This document shows, piece after piece, positions 18,553 through 27,641 of a stretch of DNA of 64,000 bases. The stretch spans positions 32,001-96,000 of IMG/VR virus record IMGVR_UViG_3300025168_000034. One strand, 5' to 3'. Every line of letters begins with the position of its first letter. Positions within the stretch are counted from its first letter, which is position 1. Under the pieces are notes generated by a model that worked only from the letters and a program-made list of their open reading frames with translations, searched no databases and was not told the DNA's origin. The stretch is from a virus. A program made the position numbers and the translations under genes.

Positions 18553-20799
18553 TTACACGTGACCTTCTGCGAAATCTGTTGCTATATTTGGTTCTGCAAT
18601 TAATCCAGTCTCAATTGAAACAGTATTCTCCATACAATCCTTTGTAATCTCACAAGCTTTCTCTGCATGCTCTGCTGATGCGTTTACTACAAATTCATCA
18701 TGTATCTGTAGCATTATATAAGCATCGATGTTATGCTTTTGAAACTCTTCATGAATTCTAATGGCAGATCTGTTCATGATTGAAGCTGCAAGAGATTGGA
18801 TCTGGAAGTTCTTAGCATTGTTAAGGCCGTTCTTATATTCCATTCTCAACTGCTGAAGCTCTTTCTCGTTACCAGCCTTGCGTGCATTCTCTTTCATGCC
18901 TTTGAATACCCACGGCTTGATCAAATTGTCTTCAAATTTCTCATAAATGTACTTGACTTTATCAAGATGTCTAATTCTACCAGTCTTGTTTACAATCTTA
19001 CCTACCGTGTTTGCACGAAGGTGGGTATCATTCATCCACTTTGCTAACTCTGGAAAACCATCTAAGTATCCGTTGATCATTTTCTGAGCTTCTTTGATGT
19101 GGATGTTAAGTTGTTTACCAATCTGCCATGCACCAGCTCCATAAGGAATAGCTAGTGCAATCGACTTAGCTCTCTGTCTAAGGTCAGGTCTGAGTTTCTT
19201 GAGATAGTTATCATCTGATTTGATAGCAGACATACCTTCAAGCTTCCATGCTTGTATTGCTACTCTACTATATAGATCTTCACCATTCTTGAATACGTTG
19301 ATTAGTCCTGGATCATTGCTCACACTTGCAAACACTCTTGGCTCCAAACTACTCTGGTCACATATGACTAAACGTCTATCGTCTTCTGACTTAACAAACT
19401 TACGGACAATGTTATTGTACTTCAATACGAGTGGACTAGCCTCACCAGGTTCTAGGATTCTAGGTAACTGTTGGCTGTCGGAGCTGAATCGTCCACTCGT
19501 AGTTCCATGTTGTTTCACATAGAAGTAGTACCTTCCATCCTCAGATCGTTCTGTGAATCGATCAATGTAGGAAGATTTGATCTTGTTAAGTTTGTTGTAA
19601 TCTTTCATCTTAGCAGCCCACTCATAATCCTTAGATATATGGTCAACCAAGCCTTCGTTGAATTGATTATTACCTTTACGTGTTTTGCTTAACGGCTTTA
19701 TTCTGAGATAGTCAAAGCATAATTCACCAAGTTGTTTCTTACTACTGATGTTAATGAGTCCACCTTCTTTCTCTTTTAAGAGATCCAGACTAACTCTCAT
19801 GCTGTCCATAGGATCCAGATGTTCAGTATCACCATCTGCAAGAAACTGATCAACACCATCTTCATTCTTCATCATGCCTCTATTCTTGTAGTCTAAAAGC
19901 TTCTTAGCAAAGTTACCTCTTTTCTTTGGTGGAAAGGATTCGTGAGCTCTTTCTAAAGCCCATCTCTTAGCTTCTGGTAGTTTCATCAAAGCATCTACAA
20001 CTTCTTTCTCAAGTCTCGTAATGTCTTTTGTAATCTGACTATCCATATCATTGATCAAATCCATATCAAGCATAGATCCTTTCTCTTCCATCTGAATAGT
20101 TACTGTACGATATAGAGGCATCACCTCATCTGTAAAGAAGAAGTCCCATAGGTTTTCCTCTTTTAGTAGTGGCAGATAGTGAGTCATTACACGTAATGTA
20201 AGATCGGTATCAGCTGCAGCGTATTCTCCAATGATCTGCATGTCAGCTTTGTATAATTCGTAGTTAGTCTTGGTAGTCTGACCTCCATTGGCTTTTATAG
20301 ATTCTTTCAATTTGATCTGCTCTTCGTTAGCTTCCTTCTCAGCATCTATACCTAACTCGTTCTGAAGCTCTATTGCAATATCCTTCAAACCAAATGGACC
20401 ATCTTCTTTAAGAGTGTGACGTAGTAGCATAGTATCACAATAAAGTGAATCACGCAAATCTATACCATAGCAGTTTAGAGTATAGCGAACATCAAAAGAT
20501 GCATTATGCATTACTAACTTCTTACCGACAAGCAGCTTGATTAGCTTAACAGCAATATCCTCACACCTCTTACCTTCGATAGTAAGATTATCAATAGTTT
20601 GTGTGTCGTTGTTCCAAATCTTAGTTGGAAAATAGTAACCTTCATTGAGGTTAGCAGAAACAGAGAAACCTATGATATCTCCTTGTCGAGGATTAACACT
20701 GGTTGTCTCAGTATCATATGCAATTATGTTTCCTTGTGTGATGTAGTTGGCTAGCTCTACTACACCAGCTGCATCTGTGATTATTTTGTAACTCTTCAT
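18553..20799 (-). CDS. polA: Family A DNA polymerase with 3'-5' exonuclease and no 5'-3' exonuclease domain
   Basis: ExoI DTETT, ExoII HNASFD, ExoIII YAAAD; TTSGRFSS; motif A DQSSLEPR, motif B RQRAKSIALAIPYG, motif C QIHDEF. Confidence 0.95.
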   Translation of the reverse strand: MKSYKIITDAAGVVELANYITQGNIIAYDTETTSVNPRQGDIIGFSVSANLNEGYYFPTKIWNNDTQTIDNLTIEGKRCEDIAVKLIKLLVGKKLVMHNASFDVRYTLNCYGIDLRDSLYCDTMLLRHTLKEDGPFGLKDIAIELQNELGIDAEKEANEEQIKLKESIKANGGQTTKTNYELYKADMQIIGEYAAADTDLTLRVMTHYLPLLKEENLWDFFFTDEVMPLYRTVTIQMEEKGSMLDMDLINDMDSQITKDITRLEKEVVDALMKLPEAKRWALERAHESFPPKKRGNFAKKLLDYKNRGMMKNEDGVDQFLADGDTEHLDPMDSMRVSLDLLKEKEGGLINISSKKQLGELCFDYLRIKPLSKTRKGNNQFNEGLVDHISKDYEWAAKMKDYNKLNKIKSSYIDRFTERSEDGRYYFYVKQHGTTSGRFSSDSQQLPRILEPGEASPLVLKYNNIVRKFVKSEDDRRLVICDQSSLEPRVFASVSNDPGLINVFKNGEDLYSRVAIQAWKLEGMSAIKSDDNYLKKLRPDLRQRAKSIALAIPYGAGAWQIGKQLNIHIKEAQKMINGYLDGFPELAKWMNDTHLRANTVGKIVNKTGRIRHLDKVKYIYEKFEDNLIKPWVFKGMKENARKAGNEKELQQLRMEYKNGLNNAKNFQIQSLAASIMNRSAIRIHEEFQKHNIDAYIMLQIHDEFVVNASAEHAEKACEITKDCMENTVSIETGLIAEPNIATDFAEGHV

Positions 20800-20805
20800 A
20801 CGCTT

Positions 20806-20834
20806 AATATACGTTTTTTATTTCGATTTTCCTA
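20806..20834 (-). promoter_or_regulatory. Class-2 promoter TAGGAA-N17-TATATT
   Basis: 6 nt upstream of the polA ATG. Confidence 0.65.
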
Positions 20835-20996
20835 ATCATCTTTGTTTTGGTTTGTATATAATTCCACTAAAGTTAGTGCAATGGCTAATAACACCACAGT
20901 CTCAAACCCAAGTTCACTTTTCATAAGGTGAAACCCTGCGAACACCATTAGAATATTTATTACTCTTACTATTATATCTATTATCCTATCACTCAT
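20832..20996 (-). CDS. Small membrane protein (54 aa, two hydrophobic segments)
   Basis: Hand translation MSDRIIDIIVRVINILMVFAGFHLMKSELGFETVVLLAIALTLVELYTNQNKDD. Confidence 0.55.
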   Translation of the reverse strand: MSDRIIDIIVRVINILMVFAGFHLMKSELGFETVVLLAIALTLVELYTNQNKDD

Positions 20997-21006
20997 CTTC
21001 TTTTTG

Positions 21007-21111
21007 TTAGTTTAAAAAAATCATTAATAATGTGACAAATACAATTGCTAGTAGCAAGGCTTTAGGGTTTACATGTGCATTTTCAGGATCTCCAATTCTG
21101 TCATCAAACAT
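21007..21111 (-). CDS. Small membrane protein (34 aa)
   Basis: Hand translation MFDDRIGDPENAHVNPKALLLAIVFVTLLMIFLN. Confidence 0.4.
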   Translation of the reverse strand: MFDDRIGDPENAHVNPKALLLAIVFVTLLMIFLN

Positions 21112-21119
21112 CTTATTCC

Positions 21120-21341
21120 TTATTTATCCATGAACCGAAGCTCCGTTTTATAAATGGTACTATCTTCTATTTTTTTGTCTATAGCTCTGACAGTTCTTCC
21201 TATGTCTATTAAGTCATTGGTTATATGATGTTGTCTTTTATTAAGATCTTCCCAATGGTATTCTTGATCCCATTTTATAAGGACAAGAATAATAAGATTT
21301 ATTAGTGATATTCCAGTTATTATTAATATTGCTGTAATCAT
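21120..21341 (-). CDS. Small protein with an N-terminal TM helix
   Basis: MITAILIITGISLINLIILVLIK; A-rich start context. Confidence 0.6.
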   Translation of the reverse strand: MITAILIITGISLINLIILVLIKWDQEYHWEDLNKRQHHITNDLIDIGRTVRAIDKKIEDSTIYKTELRFMDK

Positions 21342-21357
21342 TTTATTTGTTTTTGGT

Positions 21358-21567
21358 TTAATATAATTCTCCGTGTAATTTTTTTTCTAATTCTTTTGTG
21401 AGAAGCTCCTCTGTAAAATAAATTAAAAGTGCAATTCTAAATCCGAAACGAAATGAATTTACAATACTGAAAGGTTCGTTGTATGTTTCATATATTAATC
21501 CTGGAAGGAAAACTATTGCGGTGATTTGTACTAATTTCAGTAAAATGTATTCTATTTTATTTTTCAT
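21358..21567 (-). CDS. Small membrane protein
   Basis: Two hydrophobic segments; A-rich start context. Confidence 0.55.
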   Translation of the reverse strand: MKNKIEYILLKLVQITAIVFLPGLIYETYNEPFSIVNSFRFGFRIALLIYFTEELLTKELEKKLHGELY

Positions 21568-21585
21568 TTCTTTTCGTTTACCATA

Positions 21586-21813
21586 TTACAAATTAAATTT
21601 ATCTAACTCCATCTTAGCTCTTTGGAGTGCTAGGTTATACTCATCAGATGATACCATCTTTGCTCCATAATAACCAGTCGTTACAATCTCACTATTATCA
21701 AACTTCTGTGCCATTAACGCTCTAGCATCTAGTTTATTATCTGCTTTTACATAACCAAGTATATCTTCTGGTCTACCATAATCATCTGTACTATACACTT
21801 TATAAATCTCCAT
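21586..21813 (-). CDS. Hypothetical protein
   Basis: ORF in the early operon. Confidence 0.6.
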   Translation of the reverse strand: MEIYKVYSTDDYGRPEDILGYVKADNKLDARALMAQKFDNSEIVTTGYYGAKMVSSDEYNLALQRAKMELDKFNL

Positions 21814-21818
21814 ATCTC

Positions 21819-22628
21819 TTATTTTTGGTAATCTGTAACGTAATCAACAATGTTTTCAACTCTTACTCGATCATAAGTGCAAGTGTGAGTCATACCTCTG
21901 AAGTCATTAGATGCTACTTCTATTGTGGCACTCTTACCGGAAGCAGATTTCTTTGTGATCTTGATGTGTGTAGGAGCCCAGATAGTTTTCTTGTAACCAT
22001 ATTCAAAAGTGTGAGCACCTTCTTTGATATCAACTCCAGTAGTTGTTAGTGTTTTGATCAAATTCTTTTGAGCTTTTTCTTCCTCTTCTTCTTTCAGTAC
22101 TCGAATGTGCATCTCTAACTCATGAATCTCTTCTTGAAGAATGTTATAAGTATTTTCGAAAAACATGAATGTATCAACCATTTTAGAAACCATCTCTTCT
22201 TTTGTGTCCTCTATACATTGAGCAACAAGACCGAAGAATGCAAGCTGTTTAAGATTGTCTCCGTTAGTAATCATATCTCCATTACCATAGCGACTGTGAA
22301 TATTAAACTCAACTCCTAGCTCAAACTTACCTTCTTTTTTAGCTCTCCACTCAAGTAGGTTTTTAAATTTAACTTGATTCCAGTTGTTATTGTTGAAGGT
22401 AATTTCAAAAGGAATAAAAGGAGTCTCCGCCTTAGTATGGTAGGTTGTGTAACCTAACTCAGGTCTCACTGTAATATCATTGTCACCCATATTAAAGTAG
22501 ACACCTTGTGGTTTGAAGAATTTCTCAATCATAGTTTCTTTAGCTACTCTCATAGCCTCCATATAAACTTTTGACTGCTTCTCTCTTAACTCGACGATTT
22601 GATTGTTAATTTTTTCGATTTTTTTCAT
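21819..22628 (-). CDS. Hypothetical early protein with coiled-coil segments
   Basis: 269-aa ORF directly behind a class-1 promoter. Confidence 0.7.
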   Translation of the reverse strand: MKKIEKINNQIVELREKQSKVYMEAMRVAKETMIEKFFKPQGVYFNMGDNDITVRPELGYTTYHTKAETPFIPFEITFNNNNWNQVKFKNLLEWRAKKEGKFELGVEFNIHSRYGNGDMITNGDNLKQLAFFGLVAQCIEDTKEEMVSKMVDTFMFFENTYNILQEEIHELEMHIRVLKEEEEEKAQKNLIKTLTTTGVDIKEGAHTFEYGYKKTIWAPTHIKITKKSASGKSATIEVASNDFRGMTHTCTYDRVRVENIVDYVTDYQK

Positions 22629-22662
22629 TTTGTGATTATTTGTTAGTATTAATTATCTTTCC

Positions 22663-22704
22663 CTTTACATAGTAAAGGTCAGGACTTTATTCCGTGTTTG
22701 CAAC
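22663..22704 (-). promoter_or_regulatory. Class-1 (early-type) promoter GTTGCA-N13-GTCCTGACCTTTACTATGTAAAG
   Basis: Near-identical 42-nt element also at 23097-23138; contains the inverted repeat CTTTAC-N3-GTAAAG. Confidence 0.7.
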
Positions 22705-22710
22705 TTTTTT

Positions 22711-23082
22711 CTAATGTTTTTGAATTAAATTATCATAATGATTAGCTACCCAACCATACTTTTCTATACTATCTTCATAGAATGAATCATCTCCATACAT
22801 GAAATAAGCATCGGCTTGATCTAACCATCTCAATGCTGTCTCTTTATCAGCACCTAATGCCATAACATCTGCAATGGCTTTTTCCACAACTGCAGATTCT
22901 AATTCAGCTTCTCGCTCAGACTCTTCAAATAAATCATTAACAAAATCTGTTAACTCTTGAAACGTGAAAGCTTCAAAGTTATAAGTACGAGGACGAAATC
23001 CATACACATCTTTGTATAGATCTGAGATCCACATTAAACAGTCGTTGAAGTCTTCTTGAGTTGTTATCTTGAAATTTTTCAT
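22711..23082 (-). CDS. Hypothetical early phage protein
   Basis: SDLYKDVYGFRPR motif, which is common in small early proteins of large phages. Confidence 0.7.
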   Translation of the reverse strand: MKNFKITTQEDFNDCLMWISDLYKDVYGFRPRTYNFEAFTFQELTDFVNDLFEESEREAELESAVVEKAIADVMALGADKETALRWLDQADAYFMYGDDSFYEDSIEKYGWVANHYDNLIQKH

Positions 23083-23096
23083 ATCTATCTCTTTTT

Positions 23097-23138
23097 CTTT
23101 ACATTGTAAAGATCAGGACAAATATTCAATTATGCAAC
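23097..23138 (-). promoter_or_regulatory. Class-1 (early-type) promoter GTTGCA-N13-GTCCTGATCTTTACAATGTAAAG
   Basis: Second copy of the 42-nt element; T-tracts upstream (UP-element-like). Confidence 0.7.
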
Positions 23139-23230
23139 GCTTTATAGGAAAAAAATTGAAAAAAAAATTTTACGTGGGATTATGATTTAGTGATGTTAAA
23201 GTTTAATCGCCTAGTTTTGCATTATCCAAA

Positions 23231-25201
23231 TTATTTTGTAGTATATGTAATAACATAAGTTGATTTTCCAGATGTAACAGTTAGTGTATTGTTGGTAAAC
23301 TGTGCTGTGGTTGATAGAGTTTCTAGACCATTAGTTAATCTAAATGGTCCATTTGGAGATGTTTCTGCATCAGTTGCAGTAAGTGTAATGGTTGTTTTTG
23401 AAGCGTATTGTAAAGTTCTTGTTCCCAACTGAACCTTGTTAGTCATTGTTACAGTTTCTCCACCATTTTCCGTTAGTTGATATGTACCACTACTAGCTAT
23501 GTGATGCGTATCAAAACTATTAATTTGAAATCTTCGAGCCGCATCTTTACTAGATATATTAGTCCATTGAGCTTCATTAGTAAAATCAGCAATATGTGCT
23601 GTTAATGTTTTCGAACCTCCCTGAGGAGTTATTGAATATTCATATCTACTTGTTGATGAATTATATGCTATTTCATAATTAGTACTTCCAAGCTTGCTAC
23701 TCAGTGTAGCAGATGTAGATGTTTGATTTGCTGCTATTGAAGCTGTAAATGGTTGTATAGGTGCAGTTGCCCATTGTTTTCCATCATACTCTTGTAACGT
23801 ATAACTACTTGCAGTTGGTAAATATTTTGCTTCGTCTTTTAATTCAGATGATAATACTTGGAATCCAGGATTAGCCAATGTTATTTCATACACTTTACCG
23901 GCTGATGCCGTAACTTGTGTTGCTATGATAGTTGGTGCTGCTTTTGGAAAAGTAGCTGCTACTGTTGGATTAAATGGTCCAGACTCATTGTTTAAGAATT
24001 GTCCTCTTCTTATTTCAGTTCCTACTACAAACATTTGACCTGGGGCTTCTTTAAATTCAAGCGTAACAACATCTTCACCTTTTTCTTGCATTGTGTAAGT
24101 CATTCCACCTAATTGAAAAAATTCACGAGAAGGTTTTTTAGATGTATTAGCATCTGTTTCATTTGCTTTGCCATCTTCTATTTGAGCTAAACTACTTTGT
24201 TGGGTTTCTATTAATTCAAATACAGGAACAAATCCAGCTGATGCACCTTGTGCTAATCTATCTGCTTGTACAGCATAATCTTCTTTTACGCCTCTGTTAA
24301 CTGCTTGGATTTGGGTCGTTAAGTAGTTAGCATTATATAATTCAGATCTTGATAACTCACCTAATTGTTCACGTACACTGTTTAGTGATGATTTGATAGT
24401 TCGTCTAGCCGAGGTATCAAGACTACCAGTTGTTGTCCAAGCATTACCATCAGGAAGTTTAACTTTATCGAAAAGAGTTTCAGGATCAATTTCGGTTTTA
24501 GCTCCTCTTGTACTTTGTATTTGTCGAGCTATAGATTTATATCCTTCTACCTTTGCATTATTAGTTGTAAAGTTTGTAGAGTCTGCTCCTTTTACTGCAC
24601 TACCTACCATCTCGGTAACACTCTCTAAATAGGTTGCTATTGATTGAGCTGCTACTGCTGCTTGACTGTCAGCTAGTATGGATTCTGCTACGTAGTCTTT
24701 GTTGAGCATTACATCTTTATCTGCTACATCTAACTCTACTCCAAACAATGTGCTTGAGCTAACAAATAAAAGATCAATAGCTGTGTCAACAGTTAGGTTT
24801 GTATCTTCTTCTTTGAGGTGAAATGCTAATGTGGTTAATGGAGAAACTGTTGAGTATTCTGCAAAGCCTTTTAATTCACCAGTGAATGCTACTCCGGTAA
24901 TTGCATCGGTTCCTCCAATCACTGTTATTTCTTCAGTTGGAATTCCAGGTAAGGTGAATCGACCAGCGTTGTCTGTTACAGCATTTCCGGTTCCTGGAGA
25001 AGATACGGTTGCTCCTGATAAGGGTCCATCAGATGCATTACCACTAAATCCAACTCCTCCTGCAGCTCCGCCATACATGGCTTGGATTGCTTGAAGGTCA
25101 AGTAATTGTTTAGAGTTTTCTAAAAGGAATCTAGCCTTTTGTTCTCTAAGAGTTAGTTTTGTATTTTCTGGATTGCTTATAAATTGCTGCCATGTAATCA
25201 T
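23231..25201 (-). CDS. Putative virion surface/appendage protein (S/T-rich, multi-domain)
   Basis: Late motif upstream (25219-25226); Gly linker followed by DGPLSGATV...TDNAGRF (carboxypeptidase-regulatory-like beta domain) and beta-rich C-terminal domains. Confidence 0.5.
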   Translation of the reverse strand: MITWQQFISNPENTKLTLREQKARFLLENSKQLLDLQAIQAMYGGAAGGVGFSGNASDGPLSGATVSSPGTGNAVTDNAGRFTLPGIPTEEITVIGGTDAITGVAFTGELKGFAEYSTVSPLTTLAFHLKEEDTNLTVDTAIDLLFVSSSTLFGVELDVADKDVMLNKDYVAESILADSQAAVAAQSIATYLESVTEMVGSAVKGADSTNFTTNNAKVEGYKSIARQIQSTRGAKTEIDPETLFDKVKLPDGNAWTTTGSLDTSARRTIKSSLNSVREQLGELSRSELYNANYLTTQIQAVNRGVKEDYAVQADRLAQGASAGFVPVFELIETQQSSLAQIEDGKANETDANTSKKPSREFFQLGGMTYTMQEKGEDVVTLEFKEAPGQMFVVGTEIRRGQFLNNESGPFNPTVAATFPKAAPTIIATQVTASAGKVYEITLANPGFQVLSSELKDEAKYLPTASSYTLQEYDGKQWATAPIQPFTASIAANQTSTSATLSSKLGSTNYEIAYNSSTSRYEYSITPQGGSKTLTAHIADFTNEAQWTNISSKDAARRFQINSFDTHHIASSGTYQLTENGGETVTMTNKVQLGTRTLQYASKTTITLTATDAETSPNGPFRLTNGLETLSTTAQFTNNTLTVTSGKSTYVITYTTK

Positions 25202-25234
25202 ATGATCAAGTTCTTTCTTATAAATAGTCAGATG

Positions 25235-25312
25235 TTAATCTTCTTTGCCTAAATATTGTAAGCCAATAGCTAAAACAATAAGACATATAGCTGTTGGTAT
25301 AAGTACATCCAT
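25235..25312 (-). CDS. 25-aa single-TM microprotein
   Basis: MDVLIPTAICLIVLAIGLQYLGKED; TATTTATA exactly 3 nt upstream (25316-25323). Confidence 0.5.
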   Translation of the reverse strand: MDVLIPTAICLIVLAIGLQYLGKED

Positions 25313-25321
25313 GCATATAAA

Positions 25322-25354
25322 TAGAGCCTTATATTAGGAAAACATAAGGCTCTA
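25322..25354 (-). terminator. Stem-loop closing the deazaguanine operon
   Basis: Perfect 11-bp inverted repeat TAGAGCCTTAT-N11-ATAAGGCTCTA just after the stop at 25362. Confidence 0.6.
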
Positions 25355-25361
25355 GTTTGTG

Positions 25362-26174
25362 TTAAAGATCTGCTCGCAGCAGTTCTGGGATTCTGCATTG
25401 TAATCCTAAGAAAGCTATATTCTTTTCGATTAAGCTAAAGTCAATATCAGCAGGATTACTCAGATCAAACTCCTCCAAAAAGTTGTGAGGTGTTGGAGTT
25501 CTTGTCTCGTGATCCATACTAAAGTCTTGACCATGTACAGCTGCTAATACTGGATACACTGAATCTGTACTTCTCATCATCGCATGATCATAGTAAGCAA
25601 ACTCAGTTGGATCTCCTTGGCCTAGACAATGAATAGGCTTCTTGAGTAAATCTTTCTTTTTGAGATAATCGTAACACGCATGACGTGCCTCTTTGATTCC
25701 TTGATCATCTTCAAAATCATCAAGCCATGCATTAGGTACTGCTATTTTTGATAAGCCAATTACCTTAACCCAATTCTTATCTATACCCCACTGATAAGCT
25801 TCAATCCAATCCTCTTTAGTTTGTCCTTGAGGACAGAAGAAGATATCGATATTGTCAGATAATCCTTCTGCATCCATTCTTGCTTTGAAGTTTGTTGCAT
25901 TAGCAATTGTAGCTTGTTTGTCAAACAACACATCAGGTGCAATCACTTCATTTGGCATAAGCACTTTGCAGATACCAATCAACACATCTTCAGTAACTAA
26001 TGCTCTTTCAGCTGCGCTATTGTCAAGTGTTATAAATTTACCTTGCTCTTTTTGTTCGAGAATAAACTTTCTGTATTCTGGAAACTGTACCCATAAGTGT
26101 GCAAGAGCAAATATTCTATCTCCGAGCTTCATTGGCTCGAGGTTGCTTACAGGTGATATTACGTAATAATCCAT
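25362..26174 (-). CDS. dpdA: TGT-like TIM-barrel 7-deazaguanine transglycosylase (DpdA-like, probably the divergent DpdA3 type)
   Basis: TGT-fold motifs LDNSAAE, APDVL, PQG, IHCLG, RSTDS; starts 1 nt after the folE stop. Confidence 0.7.
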   Translation of the reverse strand: MDYYVISPVSNLEPMKLGDRIFALAHLWVQFPEYRKFILEQKEQGKFITLDNSAAERALVTEDVLIGICKVLMPNEVIAPDVLFDKQATIANATNFKARMDAEGLSDNIDIFFCPQGQTKEDWIEAYQWGIDKNWVKVIGLSKIAVPNAWLDDFEDDQGIKEARHACYDYLKKKDLLKKPIHCLGQGDPTEFAYYDHAMMRSTDSVYPVLAAVHGQDFSMDHETRTPTPHNFLEEFDLSNPADIDFSLIEKNIAFLGLQCRIPELLRADL

Positions 26175-26175
26175 A

Positions 26176-26817
26176 TTATGTTCTACTTTGATCTATTAAT
26201 TGAAAAAATTCTTGTCTTGTTCCTATCTCATTTGTCCAGAAGTATCCAGACATTTGTGATGTCTTCATTACTGAGTCTTGTTTGATACCTCTACACTTCA
26301 CACAGTTGTGTTGTGATTCAACTACCACAGCTACACCTCTGTTTCCTACACATAACTTATCAACGTGATCGTGAATTTGCTTTGTTAAGCTTTCTTGTAT
26401 GTTTGGTCTACGAGAATAAAAATCTACAATACGATTAAGCTTACTCAAACCAACTACTAGATCCTCCTTCTCTTTACCTGGTATGTAAGCTACATGAGCT
26501 ACTCCTGAGAAAGTTAAGTTATGGTGTGCACACATACTCATTACTGGAATACGTGTTTGGCATATTAATCCGGTGTAGCCTTCGTCGTTAGGGAATGCAG
26601 TTACTTCAGGTGCTGGATTGATGGATCCTGCAATAAGATCATTAACCCATGCTTTCGCTACACGGTGAGGTGTACGATCGCTATGAGGATCAGCTTTCCA
26701 ATCAAAACCTAACGCTTCTAAAAATCCACCATAATACTCAGCAGCCTTTTTTATCATCTGCTCCTTCTCTTCGTTTGTACGAGGAAGATTCCCGTTCGCT
26801 TTTTTAATTAATTTCAT
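26176..26817 (-). CDS. folE: GTP cyclohydrolase I
   Basis: TPHRVAK, SMCAHH, GLSKLNRIV..YSRRP.IQE.LT, HNCVKCRG. Confidence 0.95.
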   Translation of the reverse strand: MKLIKKANGNLPRTNEEKEQMIKKAAEYYGGFLEALGFDWKADPHSDRTPHRVAKAWVNDLIAGSINPAPEVTAFPNDEGYTGLICQTRIPVMSMCAHHNLTFSGVAHVAYIPGKEKEDLVVGLSKLNRIVDFYSRRPNIQESLTKQIHDHVDKLCVGNRGVAVVVESQHNCVKCRGIKQDSVMKTSQMSGYFWTNEIGTRQEFFQLIDQSRT

Positions 26818-26820
26818 ATA

Positions 26821-27297
26821 TTAATTGTTGTTTATAATTTCTAATCGTTCTTCAAATATACTAAAAATCTTTTGACATTCCAACTCTATTGGTTTATTAT
26901 CTGCAACCTCAAAAGATTCAGTATCTTTGATATCGTCACGACGTTCATAACGCACTTTTCGTATGTGTTCGGATGTGTTTAACCATATTAGATGAGAGTC
27001 GGGATACCACTCAAGAATTTTATCTACGATTGTAGATTGTCTTATCCCATCTACAATAATAGGTCTTCTCTTAATGATACCTTTCTCCACACAAGTTGTT
27101 ATAGCATCTAACACTCCAACAACCTCTTCCGCAATACGCTCATCTAAATGTAGTGAGTTTTGTAACTTTGTTCGATCCTCACTTTTTATCAAATCCTTAA
27201 CAATGTTAGATACCGATATTCTGTAAGATGTTGATGCTTGAAACGAACTCTTCCCACTACATATACGTCCAAATAATAATATAACTTCTGCTTTCAT
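26821..27297 (-). CDS. P-loop nucleoside monophosphate kinase-like protein
   Basis: VILLFGRICSGKS (Walker A), IIVDGIRQ, lid-like RKVRYERR, terminal IINN. Start reassigned to 27297 (ATGA overlap with the upstream stop). Confidence 0.75.
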   Translation of the reverse strand: MKAEVILLFGRICSGKSSFQASTSYRISVSNIVKDLIKSEDRTKLQNSLHLDERIAEEVVGVLDAITTCVEKGIIKRRPIIVDGIRQSTIVDKILEWYPDSHLIWLNTSEHIRKVRYERRDDIKDTESFEVADNKPIELECQKIFSIFEERLEIINNN

Positions 27298-27635
27298 ATC
27301 TCTACAATTCCAAAAAATTCTCCATCCTCTGACACAGTGCATCGACAAAGACCAAAATAGTTTAACAAATCCTCCGCTATCATCTCACAGCTCATTCCTC
27401 CAAAGTTGCAACATCCATATGCTCCATCGTACCAAGTCTTAGCAATATATTTTTTAAGCTTATGTTTAAAATCTATAAACTCAATGTCTCTATCACCATG
27501 TGACACTTCTGCTCTACAACTTATCTGGAATGTGTGTCTGTGTAAATGTTTTAAATACTCAACATTTGGTAGTGGACAATCTTTCCACTGATGCAATCCT
27601 TCTACATCAACTCTTACCTCTATATATTTTTTCAT
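27294..27635 (-). CDS. dpdL: QueD-paralog T-fold protein, putative 7-carboxy-7-deazaguanine decarboxylase (DpdL-like)
   Basis: EGLHQW, LKHLHRHTF (LxxxHRHxF), DRDIEF, SCEMIAE, VSEDGE; a canonical queD is present separately. Confidence 0.7.
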   Translation of the reverse strand: MKKYIEVRVDVEGLHQWKDCPLPNVEYLKHLHRHTFQISCRAEVSHGDRDIEFIDFKHKLKKYIAKTWYDGAYGCCNFGGMSCEMIAEDLLNYFGLCRCTVSEDGEFFGIVEI

Positions 27636-27641
27636 AATTCT

